Origin: Syntrophorhabdaceae bacterium
Lineage (GTDB): Bacteria; Desulfobacterota; Syntrophorhabdia; Syntrophorhabdales; Syntrophorhabdaceae
Assembly: GCA_963665295.1 (NCBI GenBank)
Contig: OY762209.1
Location: 2,336,001-2,400,000 of the forward strand
Reading direction: 5' to 3'
Length of the DNA: 64,000 nt
Position numbers and translations under genes: made by a program. Shown piece by piece: positions 49,427 through 58,872 of the stretch. The notes beneath the pieces were generated by a model, which worked only from the letters and a program-made list of their open reading frames with translations, ran no database searches and was not told where the DNA came from. How positions within the stretch are numbered: position 1 is the first letter of the stretch; every line of letters begins with the position of its first letter.

Positions 49427-50353
49427 ATGGAACGTCGGGCCCTCATGAAGTCCGGGAGGTGGTCTGTGTCGAAAAGCGCTGAAAAGGCAATTGCCAAATT
49501 GCAGTGGATGCGAAAGCACCGGATATGGCCGAAGGGTCTCAGATACCTCTGGACCGACGCCTTCGGTGTTGTCGTCCTGTCATCCCTTTACGTGCACACA
49601 GGTGAAGCCCGCTACCTGGAAGAGGCGGAGTGGGTGGTGAAAGAGGTGTACCGGGTCCTCGGCAGGCGAAGGGGTATAAGGATCGGCGAGGAGCCGGACA
49701 GGGACGGCCAGTACTTTCACTATCTGGTTATGTGGATGTTCGCCCTCTCCGTCCTCGGAAAGATCAAGCCGGAATACCGCGAAATGGCGGTTGACCTTGC
49801 CCGTGAGATCCACCCCGCCTTTGTCATACCGGGAGCAGGCGTCATCTGGAAGATGCGCGAAGACCTGAGCGGCCCCTACGAGGGGTCGGGGTTCGGCGGG
49901 ATGGACCATTTTGACGGGTACGTGGTTTACCGTCTCCTCGACCCCGGCGCCCTGAACCGGGAGATCAAGGATATGGAAGGATTGGTGGAGCGCACGTACC
50001 GGGACCTCTCCATTACCCAGGACCTTGGACTCGGCATGATGGTCTGGATGACCCATTTCTTTCCCGACGAACCGTGGGCAAAGGTGCAGCGGGAACGGTC
50101 GCTCCGGACCCTGGAGAAGATGTGGATCGACCCTCCCGGGTATTTTTGCAGGGAACCCCATTTCAGGCACGTGAAATTTGCCTTCACCAATTACGGGATA
50201 TCAGTGGGCCTTCAATCGATAGGCGCCCAGCCTGAAAAGGTGGAAGGGCTGAACGGGTTTTTTGGGGATTACTACGCAGGTGACGAATACGATACAAACG
50301 CCATTACCCATGTGATGGCGTGCGCCTCATATTTCCCGGAGGGATTCTTCTAG
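49427..50353 (+). CDS. Conserved hypothetical protein, probable alpha/alpha-barrel (six-hairpin glycosidase-like)
   Basis: RYLWTDAFGV, DGQYFHYL..WMFAL, WKMREDLS motifs; exact start uncertain. Confidence 0.7.
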   Translation: MERRALMKSGRWSVSKSAEKAIAKLQWMRKHRIWPKGLRYLWTDAFGVVVLSSLYVHTGEARYLEEAEWVVKEVYRVLGRRRGIRIGEEPDRDGQYFHYLVMWMFALSVLGKIKPEYREMAVDLAREIHPAFVIPGAGVIWKMREDLSGPYEGSGFGGMDHFDGYVVYRLLDPGALNREIKDMEGLVERTYRDLSITQDLGLGMMVWMTHFFPDEPWAKVQRERSLRTLEKMWIDPPGYFCREPHFRHVKFAFTNYGISVGLQSIGAQPEKVEGLNGFFGDYYAGDEYDTNAITHVMACASYFPEGFF

Positions 50354-50450
50354 GCGGACTTATTGCCTTCCTCACTTTTCTTAGCCCCCATGGACAGATA
50401 TTTGAAAAGAAGGGAGAAAAAAAGGTAAGGTATGGAAAAAGGACCGACCC

Positions 50451-51209
50451 TTGGACACCATATACCTGTGCGTCTTTGCCGCCCTTGCCGGTTTTATTGA
50501 TTCCGTGGCAGGGGGCGGTGGCCTGATCCAACTCCCGGCGCTTCTCATATTTCTACCCGGTGCGCCTGTGGCGAACCTTCTCGGTACGAACAAGCTCGCG
50601 TCCATCGCGGGCACCCTGTTCGCCGCGGGCCAGTATTCGAGGCATGTGCGGATAAGCGTGAAGACCACGCTGCCTGCCACCCTTGCGGCGCTCGTATTTT
50701 CGTTCCTCGGGGCCAGGGTGGCGAGTATCATGAACCCGTCGGTAATGCGGGTCATCATTCTGTTCCTTCTTGCGGCGATCGTTATCTATACTTCGGTGAG
50801 GAAGGATTTCGGCGCGAACCACGCCCCCATAGCCCATGATTGCCGCCATTACGTGCTGAGCACGGCAACGGGCACCGTCCTGGGGTTCTATGACGGTTTC
50901 TTCGGCCCGGGCACGGGAAGTTTCCTCATCTTCATCTTCATCGGCATATTCGGGTTCAACTTCCTTTCCGCGTCGGCGTCATCGAAGATCGTGAACCTGG
51001 CGACGAATCTCTCCGCAGTCCTCTATTTTGCCTTCACCGACAACATTATGTACGCGTTGGCCCTGCCTATGGCGGCAAGCAATATCATAGGCTCACTCAT
51101 CGGGACAAGGCTGGCGATCCTCAAAGGGAACCATTTCGTGAGGGCTTTGTTCCTCACGGTGGTATCTGCTATGATACTCAAGCTCGCCTACGACACCCTG
51201 CTCAAGTGA
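50451..51209 (+). CDS. TSUP-family (YfcA-like) membrane transporter
   Basis: AGFIDSVAGGGGLIQLPAL, GTNK, GFYDGFFGPGTGSF. Confidence 0.92.
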   Translation: MDTIYLCVFAALAGFIDSVAGGGGLIQLPALLIFLPGAPVANLLGTNKLASIAGTLFAAGQYSRHVRISVKTTLPATLAALVFSFLGARVASIMNPSVMRVIILFLLAAIVIYTSVRKDFGANHAPIAHDCRHYVLSTATGTVLGFYDGFFGPGTGSFLIFIFIGIFGFNFLSASASSKIVNLATNLSAVLYFAFTDNIMYALALPMAASNIIGSLIGTRLAILKGNHFVRALFLTVVSAMILKLAYDTLLK

Positions 51210-51339
51210 AAAGAACATAGGGTGCGGGTTGCTTCCGTAATGCAAGTCCTCAGACACCCCGCTCCAATAAACTCCGTTCTGCAAATGGAGGTTCACCCGG
51301 CCCGTTTCCTTTTAATATCCCCTGTGTTATATATTAAGT

Positions 51340-52548
51340 ATGGATAGACCGAAGATACGTTGGGTGGAAGCCCTCCCTATCGTTCATGAAGGCGCGGAGA
51401 TGATTCTCCTCAGAGACCCGGAGGGCGTTGTCGAACAGTCCCTCGTCGTATCGAGGTCTACCGCGTTTCTCCTCTCACTGATGGACGGGACCAGGACGAT
51501 CGAAGAGGTGCAGGGCGCGTACCTGTCGGGTGCGGGCGTTACGCTGGACCTTGCCCAAATCAGGGAAATCGTGGAGGCCATGGACACGAACCTGTTCCTC
51601 ATGAACGACAACTTCACCCGGCATTACAAAGAGTTGAGGGATGCCTACGAGAGCAGGCAGGTAAGAGAGTCCTTTCTCGCGGGAAAGAGCTATCCGCACC
51701 AAAGGCAGGAGCTTCTCGCGTTTCTCGACGAGATGCTTACCGTGGGGGACGGCGCCGCGCCCGAACGGGAGATCACGGGGATACTGGCCCCCCACATCGA
51801 CTACGGACGGGGCAAGGACGTGTACAGGGCCGTGTATCGGTACCTGAAAAGGGTGGAGACGCCCCTCCTCGTCATTTTCGGAACATCGCATACCTATTCG
51901 AACGGGCTCATGGACATTTCTTTGAAGGATTTTGCCACTCCCCTCGGCGTGGTCCCGGGTTGCGCCGGTCTGTGCGAATTGATCAGGGCAAATAAGACAC
52001 TGAATAAATATATCAATGAATGGCCCCACAGGAGCGAACATTCCATAGAGTTGCAGCTGCCCATTATCCAGTTCATGACCGCGGGCCGCAGGATCGAGAT
52101 CCTGCCTATTCTCACGGGCTCCATGCACCCCTGCATCACGGGTAATATGAGTCTTGAGGGGGAAGAAATCAGGGCGCCCCTTGAAGGGCTCCGGGAGACC
52201 CTCGCCGCGTATGGCAAACCCTATCTCGTTATTGCAGGGGCGGACCTTGCCCACATAGGCGCCCAATTCGGCGATTCCTACGCCCTTGACAGAGACGTCC
52301 TTGCCCGGTCGAGGGAAAAGGACGAAGCAGTGCTCGGGCATGTGAAGCGCGTTGACCCGGCCGGTTTTTTCGAAGAGATCAAGAGGGAAGGAGACAGCCG
52401 GAGGATATGCGGCCTTACTTCCATCTATCTGCAGTTGAGTCTGCTCAAGGGAAGCGCATGCGACATAGTCGATTACGGTCAGTGGACCGACGGACGGTCG
52501 TCGGTGAGTTTCGCGGGAGGCGTCTTCTATACCTCTCCCCGGCCATGA
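51340..52548 (+). CDS. amrB: AmmeMemoRadiSam system protein B (MEMO1 family) with an N-terminal extension
   Basis: AGKSYP, APHIDY, GTSH, TPLG, EHSIELQLP, ADLAHIG, ICG, SSVSFA. Confidence 0.88.
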   Translation: MDRPKIRWVEALPIVHEGAEMILLRDPEGVVEQSLVVSRSTAFLLSLMDGTRTIEEVQGAYLSGAGVTLDLAQIREIVEAMDTNLFLMNDNFTRHYKELRDAYESRQVRESFLAGKSYPHQRQELLAFLDEMLTVGDGAAPEREITGILAPHIDYGRGKDVYRAVYRYLKRVETPLLVIFGTSHTYSNGLMDISLKDFATPLGVVPGCAGLCELIRANKTLNKYINEWPHRSEHSIELQLPIIQFMTAGRRIEILPILTGSMHPCITGNMSLEGEEIRAPLEGLRETLAAYGKPYLVIAGADLAHIGAQFGDSYALDRDVLARSREKDEAVLGHVKRVDPAGFFEEIKREGDSRRICGLTSIYLQLSLLKGSACDIVDYGQWTDGRSSVSFAGGVFYTSPRP

Positions 52549-52605
52549 CGGCCGCCACGCACCAGGCCTTTCCGCTACGGGCATAAGATCAAGAAGGAGG
52601 CAAAT

Positions 52606-53256
52606 ATGAAGGGTTATCTTGAACGTGTTCTCTCGCTCATGGGCCTTGCGGCGGCGTTTTGTTTCATTGCCGCCACAAATCTCCTCGCAGGAAACATCGT
52701 GGACGAATGGGCCACGGTACGCCCGCCACCCGCGCCTGAGTTGAAAGCGGTGACTGTCGATCCCGCCGTCACGGCGCTCCTCCTCCTCGATTTCAACACA
52801 CAGACGTGCAACGCCGAGTTGCGTCCCCGCTGCATCGCCTCCATTCCCGGGGTCGCGGCGTTGCTCAAAGAAGCGCGGGCAAAAAAGGTCCGTGTGATCT
52901 ATAGTCTCTCTCCGGGGGCCGCCACCGGGGACATTGCGAAGGAGCTTACGCCTATTGCGGGAGAGGCGGTGGTTGCCTCGGGACCCGACAAGTTTCTTGG
53001 AACGGACCTTGAGAAGATACTTGCGGAGATGGGCATAAAGACCGTTATTGCCACGGGGACCGCGGCCCACGGGGCAGTCCTTTATACAGCGAGCGGCGCC
53101 GCGCTGAGAGGGTTTCAGGTGATTGTACCCTTGGACGCCATATCTGCGGAAAGCACCTATCCGGAGCAATACGTGGCATGGCACCTCGTGAACGCACCGA
53201 GAGTTTCCGCCCGGACCACCCTCACGAGGACCGGCCTCATAAAATTCGGGAGATAA
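52606..53256 (+). CDS. Secreted isochorismatase-family protein lacking the catalytic Cys
   Basis: Signal peptide; TALLLLDF, DKFLGTDL, GTAAHGAV (Ala at the Cys position), RGFQVIVPLDA. Confidence 0.82.
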   Translation: MKGYLERVLSLMGLAAAFCFIAATNLLAGNIVDEWATVRPPPAPELKAVTVDPAVTALLLLDFNTQTCNAELRPRCIASIPGVAALLKEARAKKVRVIYSLSPGAATGDIAKELTPIAGEAVVASGPDKFLGTDLEKILAEMGIKTVIATGTAAHGAVLYTASGAALRGFQVIVPLDAISAESTYPEQYVAWHLVNAPRVSARTTLTRTGLIKFGR

Positions 53257-53281
53257 GGCGTTGCGGTAATACCGGAAAGGA

Positions 53282-53845
53282 GTGGAACAAGTGAAAACAG
53301 GATTGATCCTTATCGACATACAGAAGGACTATTTTCCCGGTGGGAAGATGGAAGTGGAAGGGGCCGTGGCCGCGGGGTCGGCGGCAGCGCGTCTGCTCGC
53401 GGTGTTCCGCGAGAGGGGAATGCCCGTCATCCATGTCAGACACATATCGGAACGGCCCGGGGCCACATTTTTTCTGCCCGGCACGGAGGGCACGGATTTT
53501 CACCGGAGCGTCGCGCCCCTGCCTCATGAAGAGGTGGTGGAAAAGCACTATCCGAACAGCTTCAGGGAAACGGGATTGAAGGCGTACCTTGACAGGCACG
53601 GGATCGGGCAACTCGTCGTGTGTGGCATGATGTCCCACATGTGCATCGATGCCACGGTGAGGGCCGCCTTTGACCTGGGGTACTCCCTCACGGTTGCCCA
53701 TGACGGGTGCGCGGCGAGGTCTCTTGGTTTCGGGGGCATCGATGTTGCCGCTGAAAGCGTGCACGCCGCCTTCATGGCCGCCCTGGGGGCCGTGTATAGC
53801 CGGATAACGAGTGTCGAAGAGGTCGTCTCCTCCCTCAAAACGTGA
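53282..53845 (+). CDS. Isochorismatase-family cysteine hydrolase
   Basis: LIDIQKDYF, KHYPNSF, GMMSHMCIDAT (Asp-Lys-Cys triad). Confidence 0.92.
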   Translation: MEQVKTGLILIDIQKDYFPGGKMEVEGAVAAGSAAARLLAVFRERGMPVIHVRHISERPGATFFLPGTEGTDFHRSVAPLPHEEVVEKHYPNSFRETGLKAYLDRHGIGQLVVCGMMSHMCIDATVRAAFDLGYSLTVAHDGCAARSLGFGGIDVAAESVHAAFMAALGAVYSRITSVEEVVSSLKT

Positions 53846-53899
53846 GGCCTTGTCCGAAGGCGGGGGTATGAGGAATATGACTTCTTCGGGAGAGATATT

Positions 53900-55000
53900 C
53901 TACTTATACTCTTCGAAGGGTTTTTTCAGAACGATCTCGTGCCCGTGATGGCCGTCAAAGAAATCCTCGCCTTTGAATCCGTAGAGCGCCGGGTCGAAAG
54001 AGCCGACCACGGTGACCCCGTATTTGGCGGCCAGGTCCCGGATATATGTCTCCACCTTCAGCGTAATCTCATATCGGGGGTTCGTGAGACAGGACCGGTA
54101 GGCGAAAGGGTGAAGGGCGGGAAGGAAAAAGACAACCCGTACCCCTCGTTTCTGGAGATAGACGACCAGGCCCTCCAACAGACCGGTGTTGGACAGGGAG
54201 TCGAAATCGTTGAAATATACATCGGGCATTGCGCTTGCGGGGCCGTCCTTCGTCATCTTCGCGTATCGCTGATGAAAAGGAAAATGGAGGCTCCCGTCCG
54301 GTTCCCTTACGAAGTCGTTCACGTTCACCGTGTCGGTTACGCGGAGTTTCTTCCCTGACCGGAGAAGCTCCCAATTCTGCACCGTATAATCGAGGTTTAT
54401 GAGCTGTGTGAAGCGGGAAAATCTATCGGTCTTCGCCGCATCGCCTGCTTCGCTCTTTCCCGCGGCCTCTCTTCCAGGTCCCGCGTTCTTTATCTCCGCC
54501 AGCATCTCCTTCTGCCCGCTTTCGAGGGCCCGCCACGGGCTCTTGAGGCCGTTGTTCCGGTTGAACATCCACGGGTCGATTCCCAGTATCACGGTCTTCG
54601 GGAAAACACCTTTTCCACGATAGAGATCGATGACGGCGATGAAGTCCTCCATGCCTCCTCCGCCCAGGGAGTGGTTGAAGAAGTCGGGGTTCCCGTTGAT
54701 GAACCTCTTTCTGAAGGCCATGGTCCTGGATGACCCGAGGATGATCGCATCCCTCTGTTTGGGGTACTGCTCCACCACGAGCCGCTGCAATTCCCACTCG
54801 CCGGACCTTTGAAAATGTCCGGCCACCATCTTCCCTTCCAGCAGATTTTGGGCCGCGTACTTGAGACCCTTGCTGAGGTGGAAAATGCCTACCCCGTCGA
54901 TAAGGACGTTAAAGAGGGCGACCAGGATCAAAAGACCCAGGAAGATGGCGAGAAAACCCTTTAACCAGCGTGTGTAGGAAGCCCGTTTCTTTCGCGCCAT
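53900..55000 (-). CDS. SGNH/DltD-like partner of an MBOAT O-acyltransferase
   Basis: N-terminal TM anchor, LGSSR and FFDGHH motifs; directly downstream of the MBOAT gene. Confidence 0.75.
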   Translation of the reverse strand: MARKKRASYTRWLKGFLAIFLGLLILVALFNVLIDGVGIFHLSKGLKYAAQNLLEGKMVAGHFQRSGEWELQRLVVEQYPKQRDAIILGSSRTMAFRKRFINGNPDFFNHSLGGGGMEDFIAVIDLYRGKGVFPKTVILGIDPWMFNRNNGLKSPWRALESGQKEMLAEIKNAGPGREAAGKSEAGDAAKTDRFSRFTQLINLDYTVQNWELLRSGKKLRVTDTVNVNDFVREPDGSLHFPFHQRYAKMTKDGPASAMPDVYFNDFDSLSNTGLLEGLVVYLQKRGVRVVFFLPALHPFAYRSCLTNPRYEITLKVETYIRDLAAKYGVTVVGSFDPALYGFKGEDFFDGHHGHEIVLKKPFEEYK

Positions 55001-55001
55001 G

Positions 55002-56465
55002 TCAGAACCTGAAGTAGAGAAACTCGGAATATGTGCCCAGGAACAGGATGGAAACCACTGCGGCGAGGGAGAAGGCGACCAGTTGGATCGCGTTGGGCTC
55101 AAAGCTCCTTGCTATTGCATCGGAATTCCTGAAAAGGAACGAGAGGGGAAGAAAGATAAGGAGCACGGGGACTATGACCTGTCCCCTGCCTATGCCCTCG
55201 AAGAGATCGTCCAACGCGGGCAGGAAGTCCGGGAGGGTGATCAGCCGGGTCTTGAGGCCCTCCGGCACGGCGGCCCCTCCAAAGCCCGCCATCGCCTTGA
55301 GCACCCTTCCCGCGTCCACAAAGTTCGTGGACCTGAAAAGGACAAAGGCTGCGTTGACAAAGTTGAAGGTGATGAGCCATGCGAGCCACCTCGGCATGGT
55401 GATATCCAGTTTTTGCCAAAGGCGATGGATTACGAGAGCCGCGCCATGGATGCACCCCCAGATGATGAAGGTCCAGCCCGCTCCGTGCCAGAACCCCACA
55501 ATGAAGAAGGTTATCATGATGTTGAGGAGCGCCCGCGCCTCGGTCACCCGATTTCCGCCAAGGAGGATGTAGACATAATCCCGGATGAACCTGCCGAGGG
55601 TGATATGCCATCTCCTCCAGAATTCCTGAATACTGAGCGACCTGTATGGGCTGTTGAAGTTTATGGGAAGCCTTATGTTGAACATCAGGGAGGAGCCGAG
55701 GGCCATGTCGGTGTAGCCTGAAAAGTCGTAGTAGAGCTGCATGGAGTACGCGAGGGACGTTACCCACGCAGTGACCATGGTGAGGTCGGCTGTATTGCTA
55801 TACCCGTTGTTCGCCCAGGTCGCGAAGCTGTCGGCGATGACCACCTTCTTGAACAGGCCGATAAAGAAGAGGCAGACCCCTTCCGCGAGGTTCCTGGAGT
55901 CGGCGACCTTGTTCTTCAGCCGGTCAAACTGGGGCATCATCTCGGAATGGTGGATAATCGGCCCCGCGAGGAGGTGGGGAAAGAAGGTGACGAAAAGGGA
56001 GTAATTCGTGGCGTTGTATTCATGGGCCTTGCCCCGTGCGGTATCGACGAGGTAGGCGATCTGGGTGAAGGTGAAGAAGCTTATGCCCAGGGGAAGGGCC
56101 ACATGGGTTAACGGTATCGAAAGGCGGCCTATGACATTAATGTTCGAAATGAAGAAATCCGTATACTTGAAATAGCCGAGGAGCGCCACGTTGCCCGCAA
56201 TGCCCGCCCAGAGAAGGTATTTCGGGTTGAAGATGCCCCCTTTCCCCTGCTGCCGCGCAACGAGCCTTCCCATGAGGTAGTTGAATGCGATGCTCCCCGC
56301 GATGAGCGGCGTATATATGGGGTTCCACCAGCCGTAGAAAACGAGGGAAGCGACGGCAAGCCATGCCTTGGAAGCGAAGGTGAGCTTCTTCCGGTTGAAA
56401 ATGAAATAGACCGCAAGGACCAGGGGGAGGAAGAAGAATATGTAGGCATAGGAATTAAAAAGCAT
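55002..56465 (-). CDS. MBOAT-family O-acyltransferase (AlgI/PatA-like)
   Basis: MLFNS, LPLGISFFTF, FFPHLLAGPI, YYDFSGYTDMA, FWRRWHITL, GFWHGA. Confidence 0.95.
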   Translation of the reverse strand: MLFNSYAYIFFFLPLVLAVYFIFNRKKLTFASKAWLAVASLVFYGWWNPIYTPLIAGSIAFNYLMGRLVARQQGKGGIFNPKYLLWAGIAGNVALLGYFKYTDFFISNINVIGRLSIPLTHVALPLGISFFTFTQIAYLVDTARGKAHEYNATNYSLFVTFFPHLLAGPIIHHSEMMPQFDRLKNKVADSRNLAEGVCLFFIGLFKKVVIADSFATWANNGYSNTADLTMVTAWVTSLAYSMQLYYDFSGYTDMALGSSLMFNIRLPINFNSPYRSLSIQEFWRRWHITLGRFIRDYVYILLGGNRVTEARALLNIMITFFIVGFWHGAGWTFIIWGCIHGAALVIHRLWQKLDITMPRWLAWLITFNFVNAAFVLFRSTNFVDAGRVLKAMAGFGGAAVPEGLKTRLITLPDFLPALDDLFEGIGRGQVIVPVLLIFLPLSFLFRNSDAIARSFEPNAIQLVAFSLAAVVSILFLGTYSEFLYFRF

Positions 56466-56602
56466 AAGAGCGGTCCGTCACACAGGTGATGCTGAGTGGC
56501 CAGCGGTTTATTCTACTAAAAATCGGACCATGGTGTAAAGGCCTATGCAAACCGTGACCGGATGCAGGGGGGTGCCTGTGGCGGCAGTAGTCTGTGAGAG
56601 CT

Positions 56603-58585
56603 TTATTTGCTTTTGAGTCCCAGCATCTCCTCGTCCTGCTTGAGACAGGCCCTGTAGAACTCCCGAAATTCAGCATAATCTTTGACGGGTATCCGCTTTG
56701 CGGTAATCTGCACGTCTCTTCGGACGTGGAGCAAGCCGGGGGACTGTCTTATTTCGTAGGAGTAGCTTCCGAACTTGTCGCTTTTGACAGAGAAGGGTTT
56801 GGGAATGAATTCGACGGTCACCGAATCGGGTATCCTGACCGTGACGTCGGCGGTAAGCCTCTTCGGGGCGTCGATCTCAAGTTCGGTTGTTCTCGTCTGA
56901 AGTGAAATTGCGTCACTTTGGTTCAGTCTGTCGGCATCGAAAAGGGGGTTGAAGACGTACCAGTTTCCCATACGTTTTGTAAAATCCTTGATGGCATAAG
57001 TAATTTCATCCTTGAGGACCCCTTCGCTGTTCACCGGGTCGAAGCGCAGCGACTGTATCTCTACCTCTTTATATTTGTCGGACATACTCTGCTTTATTAC
57101 CCGGATAAGCTCTTCCCTGGGTATTTTGGGAGCAAGGTGAAACCACTCATTCGGACTGATTGTATCGCTTTTGTTCGTGATGACCGCCGCCTGGGCGTCC
57201 TGCAGTTTGATCTCGATGTTTTCGTTTACCCAGTTCTTGTCGGGGGCCTGTGGCGGGACCAGGAAGGGCTCTTCTTCCTTGTCCCCCAATATGAGGGCAT
57301 AGCGTAACTGATCATGCCGGGGAAGCAGGCCGTAAGGGGCGGAAGAACTCGTGGGGTCGAGAAAGGCGTAACTCCCGTCCTGACCTTTCACCGCCACGAT
57401 GGCGTGGTCGAAGCTCAGGGGGTAAGGGACATCCCTGTCGAGGAGGCGCGTCGTTCTTATGAGGGCTACAGTGCTGTCGATCCCGATGGACCGGAGCAGG
57501 GCAACGGTGAGTACCGATTTGTCCTTACAGTCGCCATATCCGTTCTTCATGGTCTCATCCGCCGAACGGGGGATGAAAGCCCCTTCGTTCAGGGAGATCG
57601 CGACATATCGGAAGGCCTTCACGTAATCGTACACCGCCTTGATCTTTCCTTCCCTGTCCGGCAGATTCGCAGTCAATCCCCTGGCTTTGTCCACTACGTC
57701 CTGCCCCGCGACCATTTTGGGCTCATAGATGCCGGTGCATAGCCGGGACACGTCGGCCCATGTCGCGGAACGAAAGAAGTGAATCGTGCTGTCGAATTCA
57801 CTCGCAGGGATGCTCTGCGCTTCCGCAAGGCGGGGTTTGATGCCCGTGATTCTGTAAATATAGTAATTGTCTCCCCCCAACTTTATCTCCTTCACGGTCA
57901 TGGCCGGCAGCGGCGGGTTCAATCGCTCTTTCCTGGTAATGTTCATTCCTTTCGCAAACCTGAGGATGGTCAGCTTTTCCTTTGTCGGCACGGAGTTGTC
58001 GAGATCGACTGCCGCTATGGCATATCCCTTATCGACAGTGGGCCGGTAGGTCCTTCTTGCAATCAGCCTCACCACAGACCCTTCCTCCAGTCCCTGTACG
58101 GTGAGGGTTTTCACCTTGAGGTCGGAGTATACGAGGCCCGTAAAGGGTTCCCTGATCCTGGTGGTGGTCACATCCGTGTCTATCCGCTTTCCGTTCTTGA
58201 GGTAGACGACGACGTTGAGGAAATCGAGGGTTTCCTTTTCACTGTTGAACCGGGCGGCCTGCTCCCCTATCCGTTGTTTCGCCTCGGGAGTGTCCACGCG
58301 GATCGCGTAATCATAATAAGAGACGTAGTCCCCGTCCTTGTTCAACGAGGTGAAGCTGTGCTGATAGACGGAAACCGCCGGGTATGAGACGCCGGGTACG
58401 TACTTTTCGTCCAGGCTTTCTTCGATGAGCTGTTCCTTATGGGTCTCCGACACAAGGGGGTGGAGTTCTCCGAGGACCTCTTTTGAAGGCCACGGCACCG
58501 GGGGAGTCTGAGCCGCATACGAATATGTCGACAGAAGAAATATAATGAACAATCCGTATACGCTTAAGGTGTGTCTGATCTTCAT
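56603..58585 (-). CDS. Secreted DUF3857 + transglutaminase-domain protein
   Basis: Signal peptide; GDCKDKS, FDHAI, LDPT (Cys-His-Asp triad); GGAGG RBS. Confidence 0.88.
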   Translation of the reverse strand: MKIRHTLSVYGLFIIFLLSTYSYAAQTPPVPWPSKEVLGELHPLVSETHKEQLIEESLDEKYVPGVSYPAVSVYQHSFTSLNKDGDYVSYYDYAIRVDTPEAKQRIGEQAARFNSEKETLDFLNVVVYLKNGKRIDTDVTTTRIREPFTGLVYSDLKVKTLTVQGLEEGSVVRLIARRTYRPTVDKGYAIAAVDLDNSVPTKEKLTILRFAKGMNITRKERLNPPLPAMTVKEIKLGGDNYYIYRITGIKPRLAEAQSIPASEFDSTIHFFRSATWADVSRLCTGIYEPKMVAGQDVVDKARGLTANLPDREGKIKAVYDYVKAFRYVAISLNEGAFIPRSADETMKNGYGDCKDKSVLTVALLRSIGIDSTVALIRTTRLLDRDVPYPLSFDHAIVAVKGQDGSYAFLDPTSSSAPYGLLPRHDQLRYALILGDKEEEPFLVPPQAPDKNWVNENIEIKLQDAQAAVITNKSDTISPNEWFHLAPKIPREELIRVIKQSMSDKYKEVEIQSLRFDPVNSEGVLKDEITYAIKDFTKRMGNWYVFNPLFDADRLNQSDAISLQTRTTELEIDAPKRLTADVTVRIPDSVTVEFIPKPFSVKSDKFGSYSYEIRQSPGLLHVRRDVQITAKRIPVKDYAEFREFYRACLKQDEEMLGLKSK

Positions 58586-58799
58586 GGTGCAACCTCCGTT
58601 CCGGGCGTGGGTACGCTATGGATTATTAACTTAGAATAGGGACGTTGGCAAGATAAATCAGATGGATTCGGAACAGGGAAGAGGGGCGCGGGACGGGCCC
58701 TTCGACCTCGATTTGCCGCCTCCTGTGGAAAGGCGCCTTCCGGGTCCGCGGATGGACCGCCGGCTTTCCTGCGGTATAATTGACACCGTGCCGCGGAAA

Positions 58800-58828
58800 T
58801 TGACAATAAAATCGATTGCGTGTACTAT
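58800..58828 (+). promoter_or_regulatory. Putative sigma70 promoter
   Basis: TTGACA-N17-TACTAT upstream of the acyltransferase. Confidence 0.6.
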
Positions 58829-58872
58829 TTGATCGCGCCAAAACGAATGGAGTTGCCGGTGAAACTGTAAAC

